DNA of 35,931 nt from Gemmatimonadales bacterium (lineage in GTDB: Bacteria > Gemmatimonadota > Gemmatimonadetes > Gemmatimonadales > GWC2-71-9). Location of the stretch: positions 1-35,931 of the forward strand of contig JAUVTI010000003.1 of NCBI GenBank assembly GCA_030601605.1. Reading direction: 5' to 3'. This document shows, piece after piece, positions 26,132 through 34,741 of the stretch (its first letter is position 1; each line of letters begins with the position of its first letter). The notes beneath the pieces were generated by a model. It saw nothing but the letters and a program-made list of their open reading frames with translations. It did no database searches and was not told where the DNA came from. A program made the position numbers and the translations under genes.

Positions 26132-26917
26132 ATGACCGGATTCGGGTCCGGCGACGCTGAGTGCAGCCGCGCGGTAGAGCTCCTCGCCGGCTGCGGACGC
26201 GGTGTGGCGCTCACGGGCGCGGGTATGTCACAGGAGTCGGGTGTACCGACGTTCCGCGATGCCCTGACGGGCTGGTGGGCGCGCTACGATCCGATGCAGC
26301 TAGCCACACCCGAGGCGTACCGAACCGATCCCGCCCGTGTCTTCGGTTGGTACGTGTACCGCTGGAGGATGGCTCGCCAGGTGGAGCCCCACGCCGGCCA
26401 TCTGGCGCTGGCCGATGTGGCCCGCTCCTTTGACCACTTCGCCGTCGTGACCCAGAACGTGGACGGCCTGCACCGGCGCGCCGGGAGCGAGGACATCATC
26501 GAGCTGCACGGGTCGCTCGAGGCCTTCCGCTGCGTGGGCGGCAGACACCCGTTCGATCCGGAGCGGTTCCGAGACCTGGACCTGCCCGAGGGGGGCGGCG
26601 TCGAGCCGCCCGCGTGCGCCACCTGCGGCAGCCCGATCCGGCCCGGCGTGGTGTGGTTCGGGGAGCAGCTGCCGAGCGACGCGATCGGGCGGGCCCACGA
26701 GCTCGTCACGACGTGCGACGCCCTGCTGGTGATCGGCACCTCGTCGGTCGTGTACCCGGCGGCCGGCCTCCCCGACCTGGCCCTCACGGCGGGCGCCACG
26801 GTGATCGAGATCAACCCGGACCGCACGCCGCTCTCGCCGCGCGCCACGCTGCACTGGCCGGCGACGGCGGGGGAGGCCCTGCCCCAGCTGGCCGCGGCGC
26901 TGGCGGGGACGGCTTGA
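26132..26917 (+). CDS. cobB: NAD-dependent protein deacylase (sirtuin, class III-like)
   Basis: LTGAGMSQESGVPTFR, TQNVDGLH, ELHGS, RPGVVWFGE, IGTSSVVYPAA, IEINP. Start at 26132 or 26120. Confidence 0.93.
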   Translation: MTGFGSGDAECSRAVELLAGCGRGVALTGAGMSQESGVPTFRDALTGWWARYDPMQLATPEAYRTDPARVFGWYVYRWRMARQVEPHAGHLALADVARSFDHFAVVTQNVDGLHRRAGSEDIIELHGSLEAFRCVGGRHPFDPERFRDLDLPEGGGVEPPACATCGSPIRPGVVWFGEQLPSDAIGRAHELVTTCDALLVIGTSSVVYPAAGLPDLALTAGATVIEINPDRTPLSPRATLHWPATAGEALPQLAAALAGTA

Positions 26918-26986
26918 CCGAATCGGCGCTGCACCCGGCCACCGCAGGCGTGTGCAGGGCCCGACCAAAGCACAGCCAGGAGCACG

Positions 26987-28420
26987 ATGACAGACCCTAA
27001 ACACTTTCGCCGCACGAAGATAGTAGCCACGCTGGGCCCGGCGTCATGCGACGAGCGAGTAATCACTCGACTCATCGATGCCGGTTTGGACGTGGTCCGC
27101 ATCAACAGCTCGCACGGCGACCCGGCCGAGTGGAGCCAGTGGATCGGGCGCGTGCGCAGGGCCGCAGAGGCCGCTGAGCGCTTCGTTGGCGTCCTGGTGG
27201 ACCTCCAGGGCCCCCGCATTCGCGTGGGCCGGCTTGGGGCGCCTGTGACGCTCGAATCGGGTGCTGAGGTGGTATTCGCGCCCGAGCAGTCGGCGGCGGC
27301 CGGGGAGATCCCGACGACCTACGACGCCCTGGCTCAGGACGTCCCGCCCGGGACGCGCCTCCTGCTGGATGACGGCCTCCTCGCGGTGGACGTGACCCGG
27401 GTCGAGGGCGACCGCGTGTACGGCGTGGTGGAGCACGGCGGGCCTCTGAGAAGCAACAAGGGGATCAACCTGCCGGGTGTGGCGGTGAGCGCGCCGACGG
27501 TCACCCAGCGCGACCGCCGCATGCTGGAGGTCGCGTTGGAGCACGGGGCGGACATGATCGCCGTCTCGTTCGTGCGGCGGGCCGAGGACGTCGAGGAGGT
27601 GCGCGGGCTGGTCCCGGCAGGGGTGCGGATCGTGGCCAAGATCGAGAAGGCGGAAGCGATCGAGGACCTCACCCGCATCCTGGAGGCATCGGACGCCATC
27701 ATGGTGGCTCGCGGCGACCTCGGAGTGGAGCTCCCCTACGAGGAAGTGCCACTGGCCCAGAAGCGCCTCATCGCGCGGGCCAACCGCCGCGCCCGGCCCG
27801 TGATCACGGCCACCCAGATGCTGGAGTCCATGGTGCAGAGCCCGCGGCCCACTCGCGCCGAGGCGTCCGATGTGGCCAACGCCATCCTCGACGGCACCGA
27901 CGCGGTCATGCTCTCCGCCGAGACGGCCATCGGCGAGTACCCGGTGGAGGCGGTGCGCGCCATGGCGAGCATCATCGAGGAGATCGAACGCTCCACGGTG
28001 GGGTCGGGCGCGCCGCGGCGGCGGCGCAGCGACGCGCCCGCCTCCCTGGTGCGACCCCACTCAACGGCCGACGCGATCGCGTTCGCCACCGGTATCGCCG
28101 CTGAGATGATCGACGCGCCGCTGATCGTGTGCCTCACGTCGAGCGGCTTCACGGCGCGCAAGATCGCCGCGCACCGGCCGGTGACGCCGATTACGGGCAT
28201 CTCCGCCGACGAGGCCACCTGTCGTTGGCTCTCGCTGGTGTGGGGAGTGCGGCCGGCGCTGACCGAGCACTTCCCGACGTTCGAGGCGATGCTGGGCAGC
28301 GCGCGCGAGCGCCTGAAGGCGCGCGGTGTGGTGGTGGAGGGCGACCGGATAGTCGTGACGGCCGGCGTGCCGTTCGACGAGCCCGGCACCACCAACCTCC
28401 TCAAGGTCGTGGCGATTTGA
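26987..28420 (+). CDS. pyk: Pyruvate kinase
   Basis: RRTKIVATLGPAS, DLQGP, KGINLPG, VAKIE, IMVARGDLGVE, TATQMLESM, PTRAEASDVANA, DAVMLSAETA. Confidence 0.97.
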   Translation: MTDPKHFRRTKIVATLGPASCDERVITRLIDAGLDVVRINSSHGDPAEWSQWIGRVRRAAEAAERFVGVLVDLQGPRIRVGRLGAPVTLESGAEVVFAPEQSAAAGEIPTTYDALAQDVPPGTRLLLDDGLLAVDVTRVEGDRVYGVVEHGGPLRSNKGINLPGVAVSAPTVTQRDRRMLEVALEHGADMIAVSFVRRAEDVEEVRGLVPAGVRIVAKIEKAEAIEDLTRILEASDAIMVARGDLGVELPYEEVPLAQKRLIARANRRARPVITATQMLESMVQSPRPTRAEASDVANAILDGTDAVMLSAETAIGEYPVEAVRAMASIIEEIERSTVGSGAPRRRRSDAPASLVRPHSTADAIAFATGIAAEMIDAPLIVCLTSSGFTARKIAAHRPVTPITGISADEATCRWLSLVWGVRPALTEHFPTFEAMLGSARERLKARGVVVEGDRIVVTAGVPFDEPGTTNLLKVVAI

Positions 28421-29199
28421 GCGACCGCCTCGTCATCCTCGGCTCGGGGACGTCGTTTGGCGTGCCCGTGATCGGCTGTGACTGTGCCGTGTGCTCCTCC
28501 GACGACCCCCGCGACCGCCGCACGCGCACCTGTGCCGTCGTGGAGGTGGGTGGGTCCCGCATCCTGATCGACACTCCCCCCGAGCTCAGGCTGCAGCTGG
28601 TGCGCGAGGGAGTGGGGTCGGTGGACGCGGTGCTCTACACCCACGAGCACGCTGATCACATCCACGGCATCGATGACCTGCGGGCCATCTCGGTCAGGCT
28701 CGAGCAGGGCAAGCTGCCCGTTTACGGCCCCGCCGAGACGATTGCCCGACTCGAGGCGCGCTTCGACTACATCTTCGATGACGGTGTTGCGCCGCCGCCG
28801 GGGACCAGCAAGCCGCAGCTCGTTGCCACCGCCGTGGAACCGTACGAGGAGTTCGAGGTCGCCGGGATCGCGGTACTTCCACTGGAGTGCGATCACGGCG
28901 GCACACGGGTGTTCGGTTACCGCTTCGGACCCGTGGCGTATCTGACCGACGTGAAGCGGGTGCCGCAGGCCACGCTGGACCGGCTGGACGGGGTGGAGGC
29001 GCTGGTGGTGAACGCGCTGTTCGACCGTCCCCACCCGACGCATCTCTCCATCGATGAGGCCGTGGATCTGGCCGCCGCGGTCGGGGCGCGGCGCGCCTAT
29101 CTCACGCACCTGACCCACAGGTTCTCCCACGCGCAGCTGGAATCCCGGCTGCCTGACGGGGTATCACCGGCATACGACGGGCTCGAGATTGCGTTTTGA
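28417..29199 (+). CDS. MBL-fold metallo-hydrolase, PhnP-like
   Basis: ILGSGTSFGVPVIGCDCAVC, THEHADHIHG, YLTD, HPTH, THLTH, AYDGL. Start TTG 28417 overlaps the pyk stop. Confidence 0.9.
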   Translation: MSDRLVILGSGTSFGVPVIGCDCAVCSSDDPRDRRTRTCAVVEVGGSRILIDTPPELRLQLVREGVGSVDAVLYTHEHADHIHGIDDLRAISVRLEQGKLPVYGPAETIARLEARFDYIFDDGVAPPPGTSKPQLVATAVEPYEEFEVAGIAVLPLECDHGGTRVFGYRFGPVAYLTDVKRVPQATLDRLDGVEALVVNALFDRPHPTHLSIDEAVDLAAAVGARRAYLTHLTHRFSHAQLESRLPDGVSPAYDGLEIAF

Positions 29200-29224
29200 C
29201 GGGCCTCTCGCGGGGTGGTAATTT
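29196..29224 (+). promoter_or_regulatory. Sigma70-type promoter upstream of ytxH
   Basis: TTGACG (29196-29201), 17 nt ending in an extended TG, TAATTT (29219-29224). Confidence 0.65.
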
Positions 29225-29319
29225 CAATGCAGATAACCGGATACGAGTACCAGCGATGCCGAGTGTGCGTCGGGCGAGGTCCCGGGGCGTGTCTCGGCAT
29301 GTGAGGCGATGGAGGAGTT

Positions 29320-29736
29320 ATGCCACAGGTGCGAGACGACGGTGCGGTGATCATCGTCGAGAAGTCGAACGGCGGGTTCGGCGGCTTCCTGCTGGGGCTG
29401 CTGATAGGGGCCGGTGCCGCGCTGCTGTTTGCTCCGCAGAGCGGTGAGGAGACCAGGGAGGTCATCCGGAGTCGCAGCAGGCAACTCAGGAATGACGCGT
29501 ACGGCCGCGCCGAGGAGTTGCAGGAGCGGGTCGAGGAAGGCTACGAGCGGGCCAAGGAGCGTCTCGAGGAGGGTTTCGAGACCGCCCGGCGCACGATCAA
29601 GGACAAGCGGGAGGACGCGCACAGCGCCGTGGACGCCGGCAAGGCCGCCGTGACCTCCGCCCGCGACGAACTGGAGCGGCGACTCTCGGATTCCCGCGCT
29701 TCGCGCCGCAAGACTCCGGACGAATCCGAGGCCTAG
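29320..29736 (+). CDS. YtxH-domain protein
   Basis: GFLLGLLIGAGAALLFAPQSGEETR followed by a charged helical region; GGAGGAG SD. Confidence 0.9.
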   Translation: MPQVRDDGAVIIVEKSNGGFGGFLLGLLIGAGAALLFAPQSGEETREVIRSRSRQLRNDAYGRAEELQERVEEGYERAKERLEEGFETARRTIKDKREDAHSAVDAGKAAVTSARDELERRLSDSRASRRKTPDESEA

Positions 29737-29757
29737 CGTAGCAGCGCGGGCCGAGGC

Positions 29758-30615
29758 ATGAGTGCCCTGCCGCGACGGGGGTGGGCATCCTCCCCCCTCG
29801 GGTTCGTGCGCCGGGTCTTCATCGGCGCCTACGAAGACCAGATCCTCTTTCTCGGGAGCGCGCTGACCTTCGACGCGCTCCTGGCGTCCCTCCCGTTCGT
29901 CGTCCTGCTCCTCGCGGCGCTCGGCTACTTCGTGAGCGGCCAGGACGCGATGACGGACGTTCTGGCCCTGCTGGGGCAGATCCTGCCGGGCGGAACCGAA
30001 GAAGGGGGCGGGCCACTGGCGGGGGCTGAGGACATCATCACCGGGGTGATGAACAGCCGTGCAGAGCTGACCATCTACGGTATCCCGCTCTTCCTCTGGT
30101 TTGCCACCCGGTTCTTCAGCGCAATCCGCTCCTCCCTGAACGAGATCTTCGACACCTACGAGTCGCGCTCCTACTTGGTGGGGAAGGGTGTGGACCTCTT
30201 CCTCTTGATCGTGACGCTCGTGCTGCTCGTTGCGAACGCGCTCCTCACGGTGATCGTGGCCAACTTTCCGTTCGTGGGACGCTTCGTCGTCGGCATCTCG
30301 ATCTACCTTGTGGGGCTCTCCCTGTTCTTCATCATCTACACGATCGCGCCGACGCGGACGATGCGGTGGGACACCGCGGTGGTGGCCGCCGCCGTCGCAT
30401 CGTTGGGGTTCGAGATCGCGAAGAAGTTCTTCACGCTGTACCTGACGCGCGTTGCCACGGTGGACCGCCTCGTCTCCAACGCGAACGCGATCGCCGTGCT
30501 CCTGTTCGTCGTGTGGATCTACTTCATGGCCTGCATCTTCCTGGTGGGGGGCGAGGTCGCCGAGACCTATGATCTGCGCCGCCGCCAGCGGGAGCAGAAG
30601 GCTATTCTGGAGTGA
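29758..30615 (+). CDS. YihY/virulence factor BrkB family membrane protein
   Basis: ALTFDALLASLPF, FSAIRSSLNEIF, FEIAKKFFTLY, VWIYFMACIFLVGGE; six hydrophobic segments. Confidence 0.88.
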   Translation: MSALPRRGWASSPLGFVRRVFIGAYEDQILFLGSALTFDALLASLPFVVLLLAALGYFVSGQDAMTDVLALLGQILPGGTEEGGGPLAGAEDIITGVMNSRAELTIYGIPLFLWFATRFFSAIRSSLNEIFDTYESRSYLVGKGVDLFLLIVTLVLLVANALLTVIVANFPFVGRFVVGISIYLVGLSLFFIIYTIAPTRTMRWDTAVVAAAVASLGFEIAKKFFTLYLTRVATVDRLVSNANAIAVLLFVVWIYFMACIFLVGGEVAETYDLRRRQREQKAILE

Positions 30616-30646
30616 GCGCGGCGGCCCACGCGAGAAAGCGGAGAGA

Positions 30647-31675
30647 ATGTCCGACCGAGTGATCGATCTCAGGAGTGACACGGTCACCCGGCCGTCGGCG
30701 CCAATGCGACGCGCGATGGCCGAGGCCGAGGTCGGTGACGACGTGCTGGACGGTGACCCCACGACGCGGCGTCTGGAGCAGCGCGTCGCGGAGCTGCTCG
30801 GCAAGGAGGCCGCGCTCTTCTTCCCGTCGGGCATCCAGGCCAACCAGACCGGCGTGTGGCTGCACGTCGAGCGGGGGACGGAGTTGATCCTGGAAGCCGG
30901 CGCGCATCTCCTGAACTACGAGTCGGCGGCGATAGCCGGGCTCTCGGGGGCGCAGGTGCGCCCCGTGACGGCGCCCGACGGGGTGCTCACGGCCGAACTG
31001 GTGGCGCAGGCCTGGCGTCCGGTGTCGGCGCACGAGCCGCGCATCTGTGCGGTCGCCGCGGAGAACACGCACAACGCCGCCGGCGGCAGGGTGACGCCGG
31101 TGGACGTATGGGATGAGCTGACCGCTCTGGTCGCTGATCGCGGGGTGCCGCTCCACCTCGACGGCGCGCGGCTGTGGAATGCGGCCGTGGCTCAGGGCGT
31201 GTCGCCGGCGCGCCTCGCTGAGGGCGCTACGACGGTGATGGTGTGCCTCTCCAAGGGGCTTGGCTGCCCGGTCGGGAGCTGTCTGGCGGGCCCGGCGGAT
31301 CTCATGGAGCGCGCAGTGACCATACGCTGCCGGCTCGGCGGCGGCATGCGCCAGTCGGGCATCCTCGCGGCGGCCGGTCTCTACGCGCTGGAGCACAACC
31401 TGTCGCGTCTCGAGGAGGACCACGCCAACGCGCGGCTGCTCGCCGAACGGCTCGAAGGTCACGAGGTCGTGCGGCCGCTCGAGCCCGACACCAACATCGT
31501 GATGCTCGACCTCGTCGGCGCCACCGCGGAGGCGGCCCTGGCCCGGCTCGCCGATGCGGGCGTTCTGCTGCTTCCCTTCGGTCCGACCCGCCTGCGGGCC
31601 GTCGCCCACCTCGATGTGTCCCGCGACGACATGATCCGGGCCGCCGAGACCATAGCTCGGGTCCTGAACTCCTGA
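30647..31675 (+). CDS. ltaE: Low-specificity L-threonine aldolase
   Basis: IDLRSDTVTRP, AEVGDDV, ENTHN, HLDGARLWNA, PLP lysine in CLSKGLG, GGGMRQSG. Start set at ATG 30647. Confidence 0.92.
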   Translation: MSDRVIDLRSDTVTRPSAPMRRAMAEAEVGDDVLDGDPTTRRLEQRVAELLGKEAALFFPSGIQANQTGVWLHVERGTELILEAGAHLLNYESAAIAGLSGAQVRPVTAPDGVLTAELVAQAWRPVSAHEPRICAVAAENTHNAAGGRVTPVDVWDELTALVADRGVPLHLDGARLWNAAVAQGVSPARLAEGATTVMVCLSKGLGCPVGSCLAGPADLMERAVTIRCRLGGGMRQSGILAAAGLYALEHNLSRLEEDHANARLLAERLEGHEVVRPLEPDTNIVMLDLVGATAEAALARLADAGVLLLPFGPTRLRAVAHLDVSRDDMIRAAETIARVLNS

Positions 31676-31739
31676 GAGTGTTGCCGAAAGCGCCGCCCGA
31701 TGCCTTATTGTGGCGTCGATCAGCGGTAGAAAGGCTGCC

Positions 31740-33086
31740 ATGCATATCGTCGTCGTAGGCGCCGGCGAAGTTGGCTACCACGTCGCCGAGCGCCTCTCCA
31801 ACCAGCAGCACGATGTAGTGGTGGTGGACGTCGAGCCCCAGCGGCTGGAGTACGTGGCCAACCACATCGACGTCGCCGTTGTGGAGGGGAGCGGCACCAG
31901 CCAGGCCGTGCTGGAGCAGGCCGGCATCCGCAAGGCCGGATTGCTCATCGCGGTCACGAACATCGACGAAGTGAACCTCGTTTCCTGCATGAGCGCCCGT
32001 GGGACGCCCAACATGACCAAGGTCGCGCGCGTCTCGAACCCCGACTTCTATCGCGACGCACGCAATCTCAAGCCGGACTTGTTCGGCGTTGACGTGCTCA
32101 TCAATCCGGAGCGCGAGCTGGCCCTCGAGACGGTGCGGCTGCTCCGCTCGACGGCCGCGACCGATATCGCGGTGTTCGCGGGCGGCGCCCTTCAGTTGCT
32201 GGGGTTCGACGTGGAGGAGGGGGCTCCGATAGCGGGGCGCTGTCTGGCGGACCTGGCGGTGGAAGAGGGAGATCGCCCGCTGCTTCTGGTTGCGCTCGAG
32301 CGGAACGAAGAGACGATCGTCCCGACCGGCGACACCGTGATCGAAGTGGGTGACCACCTCTACGTGGCCGCTACCGCGGCCGAGATCCCGCGCGCGCTGG
32401 CGCTCCTGGGGTACGAGAGCTCATCGGTCAAGCGCGTGATGATCACGGGCGGGAGCACCGAGGCATTCTACCTGGCCCAGCTGCTGGAGCAGCACCACGT
32501 GCACGTCACCATGTTGGTGGCCGACCGCGTCCGGGCGCGGCAACTGGCCGAGAGGCTGGACCGCATCCTGGTGCTGCACGGCGACGCGACCGACGTCGAG
32601 CTGCTGGAGCTCGAGGGCGTGGGCGGTGCGGACGGATTCGTGGCCCTCAGCGACATGGACGAGACCAACATCCTCTCTTCGCTGGTGGCCAAGCAAGCCG
32701 GCGTCAAGCGTGTCATCACGCTTGTGAACAAGAAGGACTACGTGCCCCTGGCGCGCCGTATCGGCATCGACGCCGCCGTGAGCCCGCGGCTCTCGGCCGC
32801 AAACGCGATCCTGCGCTACGTGCGCCGCGGCAGCGTGACCCGCGTGGCCACGTTCAAGGGGAGCGACGCCGAGGCGATTGCATTCGAGGTCTCCGCGAAC
32901 TCGCCCGTCGTGGGCAAGCGACTCGCGGAAATCGACTTTCCCAAGGGAGCCATCGTTGCGGCCATCGTGCGCGGCACCGAGGTGACGGTTCCGCGCGGCA
33001 ACGACGTGTTCGAGGCCGGCGACAGCGCGATCGTGTTCGCGCTGTCCGACGCAATTGCGGACGTCACCGCCATGTTCCCTTCGTGA
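31740..33086 (+). CDS. trkA: Trk system potassium transporter, NAD-binding RCK subunit
   Basis: Two RCK modules: IVVVGAGEVG, DEVNL, INPE, second module with HGDATD..LE and DETNILSSL. Start set at ATG 31740. Confidence 0.95.
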   Translation: MHIVVVGAGEVGYHVAERLSNQQHDVVVVDVEPQRLEYVANHIDVAVVEGSGTSQAVLEQAGIRKAGLLIAVTNIDEVNLVSCMSARGTPNMTKVARVSNPDFYRDARNLKPDLFGVDVLINPERELALETVRLLRSTAATDIAVFAGGALQLLGFDVEEGAPIAGRCLADLAVEEGDRPLLLVALERNEETIVPTGDTVIEVGDHLYVAATAAEIPRALALLGYESSSVKRVMITGGSTEAFYLAQLLEQHHVHVTMLVADRVRARQLAERLDRILVLHGDATDVELLELEGVGGADGFVALSDMDETNILSSLVAKQAGVKRVITLVNKKDYVPLARRIGIDAAVSPRLSAANAILRYVRRGSVTRVATFKGSDAEAIAFEVSANSPVVGKRLAEIDFPKGAIVAAIVRGTEVTVPRGNDVFEAGDSAIVFALSDAIADVTAMFPS

Positions 33087-34531
33087 ACCTGCGCGAAGTC
33101 CTTCACCTCGTCGGCGCGCTGCTGGTGTGGATCGCGGCGGCGGTGGCGCCCGCCGTCGCGTTCGGGATCACGGAGGGTCTCGCCGTCCCGTGGCTCGTCG
33201 CTTTCGTTGGGACTGGCGCGTTCGGCGGCGCGGTCTGGTGGCTCACGCCGAGGCGGTACAGCATCAATCCGCGCGAGGGGATCGCGGTGGTTGGGCTGGG
33301 GTGGATCGGTGTTGTGATCGTGGGGAGCATCCCGTTCATCACGACCGGAGTCGCTCCCACCGTGGCTGCGGCGTTCTTCGAGTCCGTATCGGGCTTCACG
33401 ACGACGGGTGCGACAGTGTTCCCCGTCATCGAGGATCTGCCCAGGAGCATCCTCCTGTGGCGCTCCACTACGCACTGGATCGGCGGCATGGGGATCATCG
33501 TGCTGGGTGTCGCGATCCTGCCGCTGCTCGGAATGGGCGGCGCGCAGCTGTTCCGCGCCGAGGCGCCCGGCATCCCCTCCGATCGACTGACTCCGCGCAT
33601 CGCGCAGACGGCCCGCCTGCTGTGGGGCGTCTACGCCCTGTTCACGGCGGCACTGGCGGTGATCTACCTGCTGCTCGGCATGCCGCTGTTCGATGCGGTG
33701 AACCACGCCATGAGCTGCCTCGCCACCGGCGGGTTCTCGACCCGAACGGCGTCGATGGGCGCGTTCTCCGGATCCATTCAGTGGGTGACCGTGCTGTTCA
33801 TGCTGGTCGCCGGCACGAACTTCACGCTGCACTACCGCTTCCTCTCCGGGAAGTGGCTGATCTACTGGAAGGACTTCGAGTGGCGCTGGTACGTCGCGCT
33901 CGGGTTGGCCGCTGCGATCACGGTGTTCGTCGCGCTGGGGCTCGCCACCGGCGGGTGGGGTGAGATCGCCGTGCGGCGCGCCGCCTTCAACGTTACCGCC
34001 ATCCTCACTACGACGGGCTTCGCCACGGCGAACTTCGCCCTGTGGCCGGCTGTCTGCCTCGTGATTCTGCTGGGGCTCATGTTCGTGGGCGCGATGGGCG
34101 GCTCCACCGGCGGCGGGTTCAAGGTGGTGCGAGCCAGCGTCGTTCTGAAGCACGTGATCGGCGAGATCCGCAAGATCCGGCATCCGAGCGCGGTGGTAGT
34201 CACCAAGATCGGGCGCCGGGCGATCCGTCCCGAGGTGCTGCAGAACGTTCTCGCTTTCCTCGCCCTTTACGTGCTCACGCACTGGATCGGCACGCTGATC
34301 ATCGCCGCCATGGGCAACGACCTCATCACGTCCCTGAGCGCCACGCTCGCCGCACTGTCGAGCATCGGCCCGGGTCTCGGAGCCGTCGGTCCTGCCGGGA
34401 ACTACGGACACATGGGGTCTCCCGAGCACGTCGTGTTGGCGGTGCTGATGCTGCTGGGGCGGCTCGAGTTCTACACGCTGCTGGTGCTCGTCATACCGTC
34501 CACCTGGGAGAGATGGGGAGGGCATCGCTAG
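33083..34531 (+). CDS. trkH: TrkH-family potassium uptake permease
   Basis: FFESVSGFTTTGAT, WIGGMGII, ATGGFS, TTTGF, GGSTGGGFKV, IGPGLG, MLLGRLE. Confidence 0.95.
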   Translation: MNLREVLHLVGALLVWIAAAVAPAVAFGITEGLAVPWLVAFVGTGAFGGAVWWLTPRRYSINPREGIAVVGLGWIGVVIVGSIPFITTGVAPTVAAAFFESVSGFTTTGATVFPVIEDLPRSILLWRSTTHWIGGMGIIVLGVAILPLLGMGGAQLFRAEAPGIPSDRLTPRIAQTARLLWGVYALFTAALAVIYLLLGMPLFDAVNHAMSCLATGGFSTRTASMGAFSGSIQWVTVLFMLVAGTNFTLHYRFLSGKWLIYWKDFEWRWYVALGLAAAITVFVALGLATGGWGEIAVRRAAFNVTAILTTTGFATANFALWPAVCLVILLGLMFVGAMGGSTGGGFKVVRASVVLKHVIGEIRKIRHPSAVVVTKIGRRAIRPEVLQNVLAFLALYVLTHWIGTLIIAAMGNDLITSLSATLAALSSIGPGLGAVGPAGNYGHMGSPEHVVLAVLMLLGRLEFYTLLVLVIPSTWERWGGHR

Positions 34532-34533
34532 GG

Positions 34534-34594
34534 CGGGATACGGGAACGGGGAAGGGGGAAGGGTACAGAGTGGCGTACCCTTCCCCCTTCCCCG
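34534..34594. repeat. Heptamer-derived G-rich element forming a perfect 20-bp inverted repeat (possible terminator or REP-like element)
   Basis: CGGGATA CGGGAAC GGGGAAG GGGGAAG. Left arm 34547-34566 (CGGGGAAGGGGGAAGGGTAC) is the exact reverse complement of 34575-34594, with an 8-nt loop and no U-tract. Confidence 0.8.
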
Positions 34595-34627
34595 GTGGTG
34601 TTGGGAGGTGGGGGTGGCTAACTTAAA

Positions 34628-34730
34628 GAGCCCCAGGTCCGAGGGGCGCGCACGCGCGAACCGCGTCAGGACCGTGAAGGTAGCAGCGCTAAGCGATGTC
34701 GCGTGTCGCCTCGGGGTGCCTGGGGCACTC
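34628..34730 (+). ncRNA. ffs: Signal recognition particle RNA (small bacterial 4.5S type)
   Basis: One long hairpin closed by GAG-CCCCAGG / CCTGGGG-CACTC. The core GAACCGCGTCAGGACC-GTGAA-GGTAGCAGCG matches the SRP helix 8 pattern CAGG..CC-loop-GG..AGCAG. It sits immediately upstream of dnaX, a known ffs location, with -10-like TAACTT at 34619-34624. Confidence 0.9.
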
Positions 34731-34741
34731 ATTCATCCGTT

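Noticed and set aside
29227-29304. 25-aa upstream ORF MQITGYEYQRCRVCVGRGPGACLGM with a CxxC
   Set aside because: Its ATG lies only 2 nt after the predicted -10, so it is probably outside the transcript, and it has no SD. It would need ribosome profiling to revive.
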